DNA of 64,000 bases from Eimeria praecox (GCA_963920595.1 OY986948.1:930001-994000), one strand, 5' to 3'; numbered from the stretch's first letter, positions 1 to 12,832 are shown. Made by a program: numbers and translations. The notes: generated by a model not told the origin, from the letters alone.

Positions 1-206
1 CCTGTGGGGTATGTTAACCTGGAGCGTTTTGTTTGCTGCTGCCTGCAGCAGCTGCAGCAGCAGCAGCAGCAGCAACGCCGCTGCAGCTGCTTCCTCTTCG
101 GGGCTTCTCTGAGAGCAGCAGCAGAAAGAAGCAGCAAGCGGCTGCTAGCACACAGCTTCAGCGTGTTACGCTGCCGCTGGCTAGCTGCTGCTGCTGCAAA
201 CAGACT

Positions 207-248
<42 letters not shown>

Positions 249-387
249 GGCCGCAGAAGTAAGTAAATCGGCAACAGCAGCAGCAGCAGAAACTGCAGCA
301 GCTGCTGCAACAGCAGCAGCAACAGAAGTAGCAGCAGCACATCGAGGCACCAAACTAACAGCAAAATTGTCTGGTGGCTTCTCAACA

Positions 388-421
<34 letters not shown>

Positions 422-422
422 A

Positions 423-454
<32 letters not shown>

Positions 455-607
455 GCAGCAAGAAGAGCAGCAGCAAAAGCAGCAAAATCAAAAGCGAGTC
501 GAAGGGTGCTTGTCTGAATAGGAGAGCCTGCTGCAGAAAGGCAGCAACAATAACTGCAGCAGCAGCACCAGCAACAGCAGCAGCAGCAGCAAAAGCAGCA
601 GCAACAG

Positions 608-648
<41 letters not shown>

Positions 649-1060
649 GCAGCAGCAGACGCCGAAGGAGCTCCCAACCTGGGATTAGTGAATAGGTGCG
701 TCATGCTGCGCTGTGTTCTGCTGCTGCTGCTCCTGTTGCTGCTGCTGCTGCTGTTGTTGCTGCTGGTGCTGCTGCTGCTAATCCTGATGCAACTGCTTCT
801 GCTGCTGCTGCTGTTGCTGCTGCCAGCTCTGTTGCTTCTCCTGATGTTGCTTCTGCTGCTATTTCTGCTGGTGCTGGTGCTTGTGCTGCTGTGTGTTCTT
901 TCCGCTGCTGCTGCTGCTGCTGCTGACTGCTGCTGCTGCTGCTGACTGCTGCTGCTGCTGCTGCTGACTGCTGCTTTGCTGCTGCAGGCTAAAGGAAGCA
1001 GCTGCAGCAATTTTATGTTTGGATTACCTAGCAGAGCCGCAGAGCAGCAGCAGCACTTAA
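1..1060 (+). CDS. 3' part of a hypothetical protein rich in homopolymeric repeats (exons <1-695 and 988-1060)
   Basis: Open frame from position 1 to ...GAPNLGLVNR. Donor AG|GTGCGT at 696, a CTG-filled intron ending CTGCAG at 987, then in-frame LKEAAAAILCLDYLAEPQSSSST and TAA at 1058-1060. No recognisable domain. Confidence 0.5.
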
Positions 1061-1394
1061 CAGCAGCGGCCCCCGTGCTGCTGCTGCTGCTGCTGCTGCT
1101 GCATCCAGCAGCAGCAGGAACAACAGCAGCAGCAGCAGCTACTGCCGCTACTGTTGTTCCTGCTGCTGCTGTCGGTGTCTCGTCGTGTTGGCTTCTGCTG
1201 CACTGAAAGTTTGCTGCTGCTGCAGCAGCTGCAGCAGCAGCAGCAGCAAGCAGCAGCAGCAGGTGCTGCAGCAGCAGCAGCAAGGCGCTTGCTGCTGCAG
1301 CATCGGGTGTATCTGCTGCAGCATCGAAGTTTGCTGCTGCAGTACCTGTGCTGCTGCTTCCCAGCCTGCTGCTGCAGCAGCAGCAAGCCCATCT

Positions 1395-1427
<33 letters not shown>

Positions 1428-1520
1428 ATGCAGATGCTTGTATCTCTTGCTGCTGTATGCTGCAGCAGCAACTATCCCCGTTTGTATGTCTTTGTCTGTT
1501 TATTTTTTATTTGTTTTCTG

Positions 1521-1568
<48 letters not shown>

Positions 1569-1767
1569 TTCCTGTCTTTGTCTGTCTCCTTTAATTCTCT
1601 TAGCTGTCTCCTCTGGTATCTAACTGTCTCCTTCCAGTGCAGCAGCAGCGGCAGCAGCAGCAGCAACAGCAGCAGGAACACCAACACTAGCAGCAGCAAG
1701 TGCAGCAGCCGCAGCAGCAGCACGAGCGTTCTACTGTGCTGTTGCTTGGCCCTTAGGTAAGCTCCCT

Positions 1768-1798
<31 letters not shown>

Positions 1799-1814
1799 AC
1801 AGCAGCAGCAGCAA

Positions 1815-1845
<31 letters not shown>

Positions 1846-2283
1846 CGTCTCCGTAGGAGGTGCACGGCTGCTGCTGCTGCTGCTGCTGCTTCGTTTTCTG
1901 CTGCAATGTATGACTGTATGTCTACAGATCCGTCAATCCTTTCTGCTGCTGCTGCTGCTGCTGTTGTTGTTGCTGTTGCTGCTAGTCTTTGCTGCTGTTG
2001 CTGTTGCTGCTAGCCTCTGCTGCTGCTGCTGGTCCTGAGTTTGTTGTTGTTGCTGCTGCTGCTGCTGCTGCTCAATGTGACGGAGAGAAGACCTGAGGTG
2101 TACGTACACCTGAGCAGCTGACTTCTAAACAACAGCCGATGCAGCAGCAGCCAGTAGCAGCAGCAGCAGCAAGCAGCAGCAGCAGCAAGCAGCAGCAGCA
2201 GCAAGCCGCAGCACTTGTTAACCTAGCTAGCTACAGCTAGCTACAGCTAGCTACAGCTAGCAGCAAAGGGTTCGTAGTTAACT

Positions 2284-2498
2284 CTAAACCCTAAACCCTA
2301 GCCCTAAACCCTAAACCCTAGCTCTAAACCCTAAACCCTAGCTCTAAACCCTAAACCCTAAACCTCAAACCCTAACCATTTAGAAGCAAAGCAGGAAGAC
2401 TCTCCTTCCAGTCTTTTCTACTAAACCCTAAACCCTAAAACCCTAAACCCTAAAACCCTAAACCCTAGAACCCTAAACCCTAAAACCCTAAACCCTAA
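2284..2498. repeat. Interstitial telomere-like (AAACCCT)n array, in two blocks
   Basis: Tandem TAAACCC units with variants, interrupted by a non-repeat spacer at about 2378-2421. Confidence 0.95.
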
Positions 2499-2707
2499 GA
2501 GATAAATAAAGATACAAGGGGAGAAGGCGAATGCGCCGACGCAGCAAAGAGAAAGAAATTGTCTGCTGCTGCTGCTGTTGCTGCTGCTGCTGTTGCTGCA
2601 GCAGCAGCAGCAGCAAGCATAGCCGCCCCACTCCGTTCAAGACAGCGCTGTTGCTGCTGCTGCTACTGGTGCTGCTACAGTTGCTGCTGCTGCTGTTATT
2701 GTTTGTC

Positions 2708-2895
2708 TTATTGTTGCTGGTGGTTGTTGCTTTCTTTGCTGCTGCTGCTGCTGCTGCTGGCGTCCTGCTGCAGCAGCAAGCTTTGAGACGCAGCAAGACA
2801 ACAAATCTGCTGCTGCAGCTGCTGCTCTCGCTGCTGAACTGCCAGAACCTGAGCAGTAAGTGCTGCTGTGAGCCGCACCAGCGGACCAACATCTG

Positions 2896-2930
<35 letters not shown>

Positions 2931-3025
2931 ACAGCAGCAGCAGCAACAGCAGCAGCAGGGGATAGTCACGAGCGATATGACATTCTGCATAGGCTGGGGT
3001 TATTTGTGCAGACAGCAGCAGCAAT

Positions 3026-3056
<31 letters not shown>

Positions 3057-3514
3057 CTAGCAGCCAAGCAACTGCAGCAATAAAAGCAGCAACAGCAGCA
3101 GCAGCATATCAGGAGCAATGGCAGCAGCAGCAGCAGCAGCACAGCAGCAGCAGCAGCACAGCAGCAGCAGCAGCACAGCAGCAGCAGCAGGCGAAGCAAA
3201 GGATTACCTAGTTGTTTAGAAGCTTCTGCTGCAGCTTCCTGCTGCAGCAGCAGCGGGGCGATAGGAGAAAGCAGCTGGGAAGGCAGCAACTGCAGCAGCA
3301 GCGCATGCACAGGCAGCGTCAGGGCGAGCTGCTGCCGACGAGCAGCAGCAGCAGCAGCAGACAGCAAGCTAGCAACGTGGCTGCAGCGGCGCTTTAGCTC
3401 TTCCTGCAGCAGCAGCAGCAGCAACAACAGCAGCAGAAAATGTTAATAGCAGCAGCAACTGATGCTGCAATCAGACTACAACAGCAGCAGCAACAGCAGC
3501 AGCAACAGCAGCCG

Positions 3515-3552
<38 letters not shown>

Positions 3553-3735
3553 ACAGCAGCAGCAACAATAGCAACAACAGCAGCAGCAACAGCAGCAGCA
3601 ACAGCAGCAGCAACAACAACAGCGGCAACAGCAGCAGCAACAACAGCAGCAGTAACAACAGCAGCAACAACAGCAGCAGCAACAGCATAAGCAACAACAG
3701 CAGCAGCAGCAACAGCAGCAGCAGCAACAGCAGCG

Positions 3736-3783
<48 letters not shown>

Positions 3784-3784
3784 G

Positions 3785-3819
<35 letters not shown>

Positions 3820-3832
3820 ACAACAGCAGCAG

Positions 3833-3870
<38 letters not shown>

Positions 3871-4307
3871 GCAGCAGCAGCATGAATGAAGATAAGACTT
3901 TCCGATTGTCTCTCAAGTCTTGCAAGTTTTTGCTGCTGCTGCTGCTGCTGCTGCTGCATTCGTTCTGCTTCGTCTGCCTGCAGCAGCAGCTGCTGCTGCA
4001 GCGCCGCTGCCTTTCGCTGCAGCAGCAAGGGGACGGCTCGCTGCAGCAGCAGCATTTGCTGCCTCTCTTCTTTCAGGATTGTTGATTCTGCGGTGTCTAT
4101 CCACTTCACAGCAGCAACAGCAACTTCTGCTGCTGCAGCAGCAGCAGCTCGTCTCGCCTTCCTATTGTTTGGTGCTGCTGCTGCTGCTGCTGCTGCTCTT
4201 GCTGCTGCTGCACTTTGCTGCCGCAGCTCCATCAGCCCTCGCTTATGTTCGTTATATGCTGCGTTGACAGCAGCAGCTGCCTGTGCGCTCAGCTGCTGCT
4301 GCTGCTG

Positions 4308-4341
<34 letters not shown>

Positions 4342-4591
4342 ACAAAGCTGCTGCTGCTGCTGCTGCTGCTGTTTAGGGACGAGGAGAGGTCAGCTGCAGC
4401 AGCAGCATCTAGGTCGAGTACAAACAATGCAGCACCACTGGATGCTGCTGCTGCTGCTGCTCCAGCAGCAGCAGCAGCAGCAAGGCCGACTAGCAGCTGC
4501 GGGGCAGAGAAACGATCGAAGAAAACGGGCAGACAGTTAGAGCAATCTTCAGAGAGGAGAGAAGACACAGACAAACACACCCTCCTCCCTC

Positions 4592-4622
<31 letters not shown>

Positions 4623-4624
4623 GT

Positions 4625-4661
<37 letters not shown>

Positions 4662-4736
4662 CACTGGGGACAGAAGACCCTTCACATCCACGCGGAAGGC
4701 GCCCTTGCTGCAGCAGATGACAGCGCAGCAGCAGCA

Positions 4737-4772
<36 letters not shown>

Positions 4773-4862
4773 AGGCGAGGCAGGTAGAGGGCGAAGCTCT
4801 AACTTGCTGCTGCAGTTTACAGCTGGTCCTTCTGCAGCAGCAAGCGACACGAAAGATAAACA

Positions 4863-4916
<54 letters not shown>

Positions 4917-5166
4917 CAGCTGCTGCCACAGCGCGAGTTTCTTCTGCAGGCGTGGCTGTACGGTGTCTGAGCTAGCGAGACATTCTAACTGCAAGTTGCT
5001 GCTGCTGCTGCCGCTGCTGCTGCTGCTGCTGCTGCTGCTGCAGCGCAGCAGCAGCAGCAGTGGGGAAGTGCTTATTAGAATCTCTGTCTGCTGCTGCAGC
5101 TGTGCTGCAGCAGCCCGTGGTGGTGACGGCAGCAGCCAGCGCTGCGGCTCTGGCTGTAGATTGCTT

Positions 5167-5218
<52 letters not shown>

Positions 5219-5486
5219 CGCTGTTGCTGCTCGCCCACTCGTTCAGCCACAAGGCCACTTCCTGCTGCAGCGACTCCCGTCTGCAGCAGCCCTCCTCCTC
5301 CTCAGCAGCAGAGCCACCAGAGTTGCTGCTGCTGCTGCTATTGCTGTTGCTGCTGCTGTTGCTTCTGCTGCTGCTTCCCTGCGGCTGCTGAAGCAGCTGC
5401 TGCCGCAGCGCAGCATCATGCAGCTGCAGCGCGAGGGCTGGTGGCAGCTGCGCTCGACATGGAAGAAAAGGAGAGAGACAGAGACA

Positions 5487-5538
<52 letters not shown>

Positions 5539-5883
5539 CTGGGTGGGTATGAGACAAAGACAGCAACAGCAGACCAAAGATGTATTCGCTCTGTTGCTGC
5601 TCCGAAGTAGAAGGAGGAGGCCAAGGAAGACGATCCTGCTGCTGCTGCTGCTGCTGCTGCAGCAGCAGCAGCAGCAACAAAACTAGCAGCACCTGCTGCT
5701 GCTGCTGTTGATTTTGATGCTGGCAGCAAAATCTCCTGCTCCGGCTTCTCCGTGCTGCAGCAGATATCGAAGAGCCGCAGCACTGCATGCTTGCTGCTTC
5801 CGTCTGCTGCTGCTGCTGCTGCTGCTGCTGTAGCTGTAAAGGGTGCTGCTGCTAAAGAGTCAGTTGCTGCTGCTGTTGCTGCT

Positions 5884-5916
<33 letters not shown>

Positions 5917-6142
5917 TCTCTAGGGATAGTTTCATGGGTTAGAGCAGCAACGGCCCAGTCATAGAAAGGATGAAAAGCTACGTGAACGAAGACACGCTGC
6001 TGCTGCTGCTGCTCCTGCTGCTGCTGCTGCTCCATGCTGGTATTCACCAGTAAGAGTTTTCCGTTGGTCTTGCGGCAGTTGCTGCTGCTGCTGCTGCTGC
6101 TGCTGTTGCTGCTGGTTGCTGCAGCGGGCAGCACCTGACCTA

Positions 6143-6174
<32 letters not shown>

Positions 6175-6333
6175 AGCGTAGGCACAGCAGCAACACAGCA
6201 GGCACTGGAGCTGCAAAGCGCCACCGCCTTGCCGCTGCTGCTGCAGCAAATAAATTTAAACTTTTCTTCTTCTTCAACATCGTATCCCGGTACATACACC
6301 TCAAATAAACCTAGTTCTTGAAGCTCCTGCTGC

Positions 6334-6374
<41 letters not shown>

Positions 6375-6823
6375 CAGGAGGTAACAGCCAATTAGCACAG
6401 TAGAGCTGCTGTGTCCCCGCGTGCTGCTGCTGCTCTGCTGCAGCAGACGGAAGACCTGAAGCGCTGCTCCGTCTCCAGCAGCAGATACCCCCGTAAAACA
6501 GCAGCAGCACACCTCCTCTTCCTGCTGCTGCTGCTGCTGCTGTTGCTGGTGCTGTTGCTGCTGCTGCTGCTGCTGTTGCTGCTTGGGGAAGACATACCTT
6601 CCCCTGAAGGCAGCAGCAGACTTCTTTAGAATGTTGGAGCCCAAGAAAAGCTGCTTGAAACCCTGCTGCTGCTGCTGCTGCTGTTGCTGCTGTTGCTGCT
6701 GTTGCTGCTGCTGCTGCGGTTGCTGCGGTTGCTGCTGCTGCTGTTGTTGCTGCTGCTGCTGCTGAGGCTGCGGTGGGAACTGGAAAGGCGACCCTCCAAA
6801 CAAAAACCCTGTCTTTATGTTGT

Positions 6824-6887
<64 letters not shown>

Positions 6888-6956
6888 AGCAGGAGCAGCA
6901 GCAGCAGCAATGGAGGGGCCACTCACTTCGGAACGAAAGCCAAATATCCCCGCCAT
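2708..6956 (-). CDS. Nup88/Nup82-like nucleoporin candidate (large first exon 6956 to ~3899; tentative small 3' exons near 3404-3209, ~3010-2970 and ~2892-2708)
   Basis: Between the poly-Q/S/A tracts the ORF shows Nup82/Nup88 propeller-like motifs in the expected order: VHVAFHPF..AVAALT, VLRLFDI, SFYFG..HLWSAVAVFVS, CLSPFLP. A coiled-coil-like C-terminus follows. The 3' splice phases are not fully resolved. Confidence 0.6.
3476..3881. repeat. (CAG/CAA)n array, probably intronic ((CTG)n on the sense strand of the - gene)
   Basis: About 400 bp of near-pure CAG/CAA triplets. Confidence 0.9.
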
Positions 6957-6978
6957 CCTCCTTGAACCCCACCGAGAC

Positions 6979-7056
<78 letters not shown>

Positions 7057-7057
7057 T

Positions 7058-7089
<32 letters not shown>

Positions 7090-7422
7090 GTTCGAGCGTT
7101 GTTCTTGCTTCTGTTGCTGCTATGGCTACACAGGCAGCAGCAAGTACGCAGGGCTTTCCGCTCCTCCTGTATGCTGCTGCTGCGGCTGCCGCTGTTGCTG
7201 TTGCTGCTGCTGCTGCTGCTGTTGCTGATAGACTCTGTAGTGTTCTGCTGCAGAAGGCCCTGCTGTTCCTGCTGCTGTTGGTGCCGCTGCTGCTGCTGCT
7301 GCTGCTGCGAAGACAGCTGAGAGGCTTAGCGCATGCACGGGGCCCCACAGAGTACTCCCTCACCTGAGGTGTACAGACACCTGGTTTGCTGCTGAAGGCA
7401 ATCTTTATGTTGAAAGCCACGC

Positions 7423-7489
<67 letters not shown>

Positions 7490-7797
7490 GGTGGCTTCAG
7501 ATGCTGCGGGTGCTGCTGCAAGGGTCTTCTACAAATGCTGCCTCTCGTGCTGCTGCAGCAGAGGAGTTTGATGATATTGACTTCGTTTTATTTATATTTA
7601 AATTAAAAACATAAAACACAAAAAACAAAATCAAATAACTACTCCAACACCAACAGTCAGACACACAGAACCTCAAAGGAGGGGGGCCCCCCCCGGGGGC
7701 CCCCACCGGAACCTGCTGCTGCTGCTGCTGCTGGTGCTGCTGCTGTTGCTGCTGCTGCTGTTGCATCTGTGTGTCCTTCGCCTGCCATTTCAGGTGT

Positions 7798-8300
7798 ATG
7801 TACACCGCAGCTAACATGAATTGGGGCTGCTGCAGAGCCGCAAGTATTTCGTTGAGACGGAGCATCTCTAACAGAGGAGGGCAGCAGACAGCTGCCTGTG
7901 CAGCAGCAGCTCGACACAGCAGCAGCAGCAGCAGCAGCAGCAGCAAGAACAACAGCAGCAACAGCAGCAGCAGGGCAGCAAGTGGCTCCTTCCTGCTGCA
8001 GAGGCGAGACTACAGCAGCAGCTGCTGCAGCTGCAGCTGCTGCAGCAGCAGCAGCTGCAGCAGCAGCAGCAGCAGCAGGAGATTCTTTACGTCGCCTCTT
8101 TGTTTGACGCTGCCGAGTCTGTATGCAGCAGGTAAGACCTCCAGCTGCTGCTGCTGCTGCTGCTCACGAGCAGCAGCAGCAGCAGCAGCAGGCGTGAAGT
8201 GCTGCAGCTACACTACATCCGCAGGTGCTGATGAGGAGGGCGATGAGCTGACGCTAGAAGAACCCCAGAGGGTCGTCCTGGAGGGTGTGGCTCTGCTGCT

Positions 8301-8357
<57 letters not shown>

Positions 8358-8483
8358 GCAGCAGCGACGACAGCTCGATCTAGCGTTTGATGTGGAAGCA
8401 GTGCTTTCGCCTGCTGCTCTGCCCGTGCTCTCTCGTTTTCTTGCTGTAAGGGAAGATATTAAAACACTACGTACGCTGCTGCT

Positions 8484-8514
<31 letters not shown>

Positions 8515-8676
8515 GGTAGCAGCAGCAGCAGCAGCAGCAGCAGCGGAGAAGAGGAGTTTGCAGACACAGAATTGCAGGGGCTACGGGCTGAAGAAGATGC
8601 TGCTGCAGCAGAACTGGCGGTGCTGCTGCTGCAGCAGGCCGACACAATTGCTGCTGCTGCTGCTGCAGCTCAACAA

Positions 8677-8707
<31 letters not shown>

Positions 8708-9053
8708 AGCAGCAGCAGCAACAGCAGCAGCAGCAACAGCAACAACCAATCAGCAAGAAGCCTCGAAGCCACACAGAAGACCGTCAAGAAGAAGTCGTCC
8801 TGGAGGTCTGCTGTTGCAGCTTTCTGTTTTATTCCTGCTGCTGCTGCTGCTGCTGCTGTTTATGTTGTTGTTTTTGCTGCTGCTGCTGCTGCTGCTTATG
8901 TTGCTGCTGCTGTTGCTGCTGCTGTTGCTGCTGCTGCTGCCGATTGGTCCTCGTATTCTTTTTTTCTGTTTCTCTCTTCTTTTCTATCTACTGCACTTGC
9001 TGCCTTCATTTCTGCTGCTGCTGCTGCTGCTGCTGTTACTGCTGCTACTGCTG

Positions 9054-9087
<34 letters not shown>

Positions 9088-9255
9088 AGGTGATAGCAGG
9101 TGTAGGAGGGGACGAGGCCGCAATATTTTCGCTAGAATTATTTGTAATGTATGAGTTACTATCAAATATAAAATCGTGGAGATTTGATGTCCTCGAAAAA
9201 CATAAAAATGGAGGAGGCGGAGGAATTAGGAGGGCTAAGGCAATTGTAGCGGGTG

Positions 9256-9317
<62 letters not shown>

Positions 9318-9514
9318 CTGCTGGTGGTGGTGAGGGTGGGGGTGTTGTGCTGCTGCTGCTGCTGTTGTTGTTGTTGTGCTGCTGTTGCTGCTGTTGTTGT
9401 TGTGCTGCTGCTGCTGTTGCTCTTGCTGCTGAGGATCTGCAGTTGTGGCTGTTGTTGCTGCTTTGGTGATGAGAAGAGGTGCTACAGCAGCAGCAGCAAC
9501 AGCTGCTGCTGCTC

Positions 9515-9571
<57 letters not shown>

Positions 9572-9641
9572 ATAGAAGCAGCCTGTTCCATATCAATTGA
9601 TCTCCTCCCTCCTTCGACTCCATTTTTGCATGCGTTACTGC

Positions 9642-9706
<65 letters not shown>

Positions 9707-10277
9707 TTGTTGTTTCTGCTGCTGCTGCTGCTGCTGCTGCTGCAGGTCCGGGTGTATGTTCGTTGCTTCCTCTGGAGGCTGGGGTTCATCGTGTACAGCG
9801 TGTGCCTTCGACAGATCCGAAGAAAAGATTGCAGACATCAACTGCTGCTGTTACGGTGTTGCCTTGTCTCTCTGAAGAGGAAGGTCAGATATTGCTGCTG
9901 CTGCTGCTGCTGTTGCTGCTGCTGTTGCTGTTGCTGCTGCTGTTGTTGTTGTTGCTGCTGCTGCTGTTGCTGGAAGCCAGGTGCTCCTGAAAAGCGCCGA
10001 GAAAGCGAACCTGGTATTGCTGCTGCTGCTGTTTGCTGCTGCTGCTGCAGTTTGCTGCAGCAGCTGCTGCTGCTGCTGCAGTTTGCTGCTGCTGCAGTTT
10101 GCTGCTGCTGTTGTTGCTGCTGCTGCAGTTTGCTGCTGTTTGCTGCTGCTGCTGCTGCTGCTGCAGTTTGCTGCTGTTTTCTGCTGCTTCGCTGTTTTCT
10201 TTCTCTTTCTCTCGGCGTTTTTATTTTTTGACTGCATCTTCTGCATGTGCATCTGCTGCTGCTGTTGCTGCTGCTGT

Positions 10278-10315
<38 letters not shown>

Positions 10316-10489
10316 CAGTGGATTTGAGTGCATGCAATATCCGCATAGAGAATATGAGAGCTAGCGGGCCTGGGGGTCAGAGCGTAAACAAGAGTGAAAC
10401 TGCTGTTCGAATAACACATATACCTACGGGGCTGTCTGTCTGCATGCAAGAAACATCTAGCCAGGTTTGCTGCTGCTGCTGCTGCTGCT

Positions 10490-10520
<31 letters not shown>

Positions 10521-11341
10521 TTGCTGCTGTTGTTGCTGCTGTTCTTGTTGCTTTGGGTCTTGTTGCTGCTGTTGAGCTTGCTCGGTGTTGTTGTTGTTGC
10601 TGCTGCTGCTTTTGGTGTTGCTGCTGCTCCTACTGCTTTTGTTGTTGCTGCTGCTGCTTTTGCTGCTGCTGTTGCTGCTGTTGCTGCTGCTAGAGGAGGG
10701 GGATATGGTTTATGTATTTGTGTTTGCTGCTGCATGCACTCAGGCAGACAATCGCAAAAGGGCTTTGCTGCTGCTGCGTCACATACTGCAGCAACGCATG
10801 CAGCAGCAGCAGCAGCAGCAGCTATATTCTGCTGCTGGAGAACAGATAGGCAGCAAAGATCGTAGCGAGAAGATAAGAACTTACAACTTCCCTGCAAATT
10901 GTGTGAGAGACCACAGGTAGGGAGAGACGCCGACTCCAATCTAGGGTTTAGGGTTTAGGGTTTAGGGTTTAGGGTTTAGAGGGTAGGGTTGACGGTTGAG
11001 GGTTGAGGGTTGAGGGCTGCTTTGGTTTTAGGATTTGGGGTTTGGGGTTTAGGGTTTTGTGTTTTAATGTTAGACTGCAGGGTTTAGGGTTTAAGGGTTT
11101 AGGGTTTAGGGTTTAGGGTTTAGGGGTTTAGGGTTTAGAGTTGTGAGGGTTTTGTTTTGCTGAGGGTTTAGGGTTTAGGGTTTAGCTGTGAGAGGTTACG
11201 GATTAGCTTTGATGGCTTGAGGGTTTAACTGACCCTGGGATTTAGTAATTAGGGTTTAGGGTTTAGGGTTTAGGGTTTAGGGTTTAGGAGGGCCTACGCA
11301 GACAGTAAGATAGCTGCAGGGAGACAGAGGCAGAGAAAGAA

Positions 11342-11419
<78 letters not shown>

Positions 11420-11809
11420 GGTAGTATAAATAATAATAATATTACTATTGTATACGAAACACGCACAAACACACTATCCGAAGGCGAGAAAAGCAGCAGC
11501 AGCTGCAGCAGCAGCAGCAGCAGCTGCTGCTGCTGCTGCTGCTACTGCAGCAGCAATTGGTGGAGAAGGTGTTTGTTGTTTTGTTAATATGTTTGAGGTG
11601 TATGTACACCTGATGTTTATTGCAGGTGTCTTCGTATAATCCCAAATGTAAGGGAGTTTCTGCATGCGGCTGAAGGGCTGCCGCTGCTGCTGCAGTTGCT
11701 GCATGCGCAGCAGCAGCAGCAGAAACTAGCCAAGGCCCTCGAGCTGCTGCAGCAGCTGCTGCAGCAGCAGCAGCAACTGCAGCAGCAGCAAGTGCTGCAG
11801 CAGCAGTGA
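7798..11809 (+). CDS. prfA: Organellar (probably mitochondrial) peptide chain release factor 1; exons 7798-8805, 9090-9252, 9746-9883, 10319-10464, 10744-10916, 11626-11809
   Basis: The spliced product contains [27 protein letters not shown] (PxT motif of RF1), [37 protein letters not shown] (GGQ) and [16 protein letters not shown]. All five introns are GT-AG and keep the frame. The N-terminus is Arg/Ser-rich. The start could alternatively be 7816. Confidence 0.93.
10942..11287. repeat. Degenerate (TTTAGGG)n telomere-like array in RF1 intron 5
   Basis: Multiple TTTAGGG runs with TTGAGGG and TTTGGGG variants. Confidence 0.95.
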
Positions 11810-11947
11810 GATATTAGTTGCATGGAGACACCTAACCGAAGCAGCAGCAGCAGCAGCAGCACCAGCAGCAGCAGCGGCTGCGGGCTTGCAGATACGACCT
11901 GCTGCAGCAGCTGTGTCTTCTCCAGCAGCAGCACCAACAACAGCAAA

Positions 11948-11981
<34 letters not shown>

Positions 11982-12055
11982 AGAAGGGAAGTTGAATTCT
12001 CCTTATCGCTACACGCAGTGTGGGGTGTGCTGCTGCTGTGAGGTGACAGGAGGCA

Positions 12056-12089
<34 letters not shown>

Positions 12090-12168
12090 TGGGGAGACAG
12101 GAGACAGCTGTTGCTGCTGCTGTCTTTCCTCTGCTTGGTGATGCAGCAGCAAGATGAAGCAGCACAGC

Positions 12169-12205
12169 TTAGGGTTTAGGGTTTAGGGTTTAGGGTTTAG
12201 GGTTA
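12169..12205. repeat. Short (TTTAGGG)n array, followed by (TTA)n at ~12307-12362
   Basis: About 5 tandem heptamers are directly visible. Confidence 0.9.
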
Positions 12206-12316
12206 ATGTATCTTGTGTGATTAGATGAGTAAGATATGTCTCAAGACATGCATGCGTTTAATTAAATTGTTTATTTTAATTATATATTTTATATATATAA
12301 TTATATATTATTATTA

Positions 12317-12365
<49 letters not shown>

Positions 12366-12412
12366 TCTGTAGAGGCTTAGCAGCAACAGCTCTCTAAGAA
12401 GAACTGCAGTGT

Positions 12413-12832
12413 ACAGAGACAGAGACAGAAACAGACAGACAGAGAGAGAGAGAGAGACAGAGAGAGAGGGAGAGACAGGGAGAGAGAGGGAGAGAAGGGG
12501 AGACAGAGACAGAGACAGACAGAGACAGACAGAGACAGACAGGGAGAGACAGAGAGAGAGACAGGCAGATACAGACAGAGACAGAGACACACAGAGACAC
12601 ACAGAGAGAGACAGAGACAGAGACACACAGAGACACACAGAGAGAGACAGAGACAGAGACAGACAGAGACAGACGGAGACGGACAGAGACGGACGGAGAC
12701 AGACAGAGACAGAGAGAGGCAGAGAGAGACAGAGACAGACAGAGATAGACAGAGACAGACAGAGACAGACAGAGACAGACAGAGAGAGACAGAGACAGAG
12801 AGAGAGACAGAGACAGAGAGAGACAGAGAGAG
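12413..12832. repeat. Compound (AGAGAC/AGAC)n purine-rich microsatellite
   Basis: About 420 bp of low-complexity AGAC/AG sequence. A complementary (GTCTCT/GTCT)n array lies at ~15415-15710. Confidence 0.9.

Noticed and set aside
1638..1757. Possible extra exon (TTCCAG| ... AG|GTAAGC) downstream of the first gene
   Set aside because: It lies beyond the inferred stop, encodes only low-complexity sequence and cannot be joined confidently.
2284..2498. Chromosome end suggested by telomeric heptamers
   Set aside because: The arrays are short, degenerate, flanked by genes and occur in both orientations; interstitial copies are typical of Eimeria.
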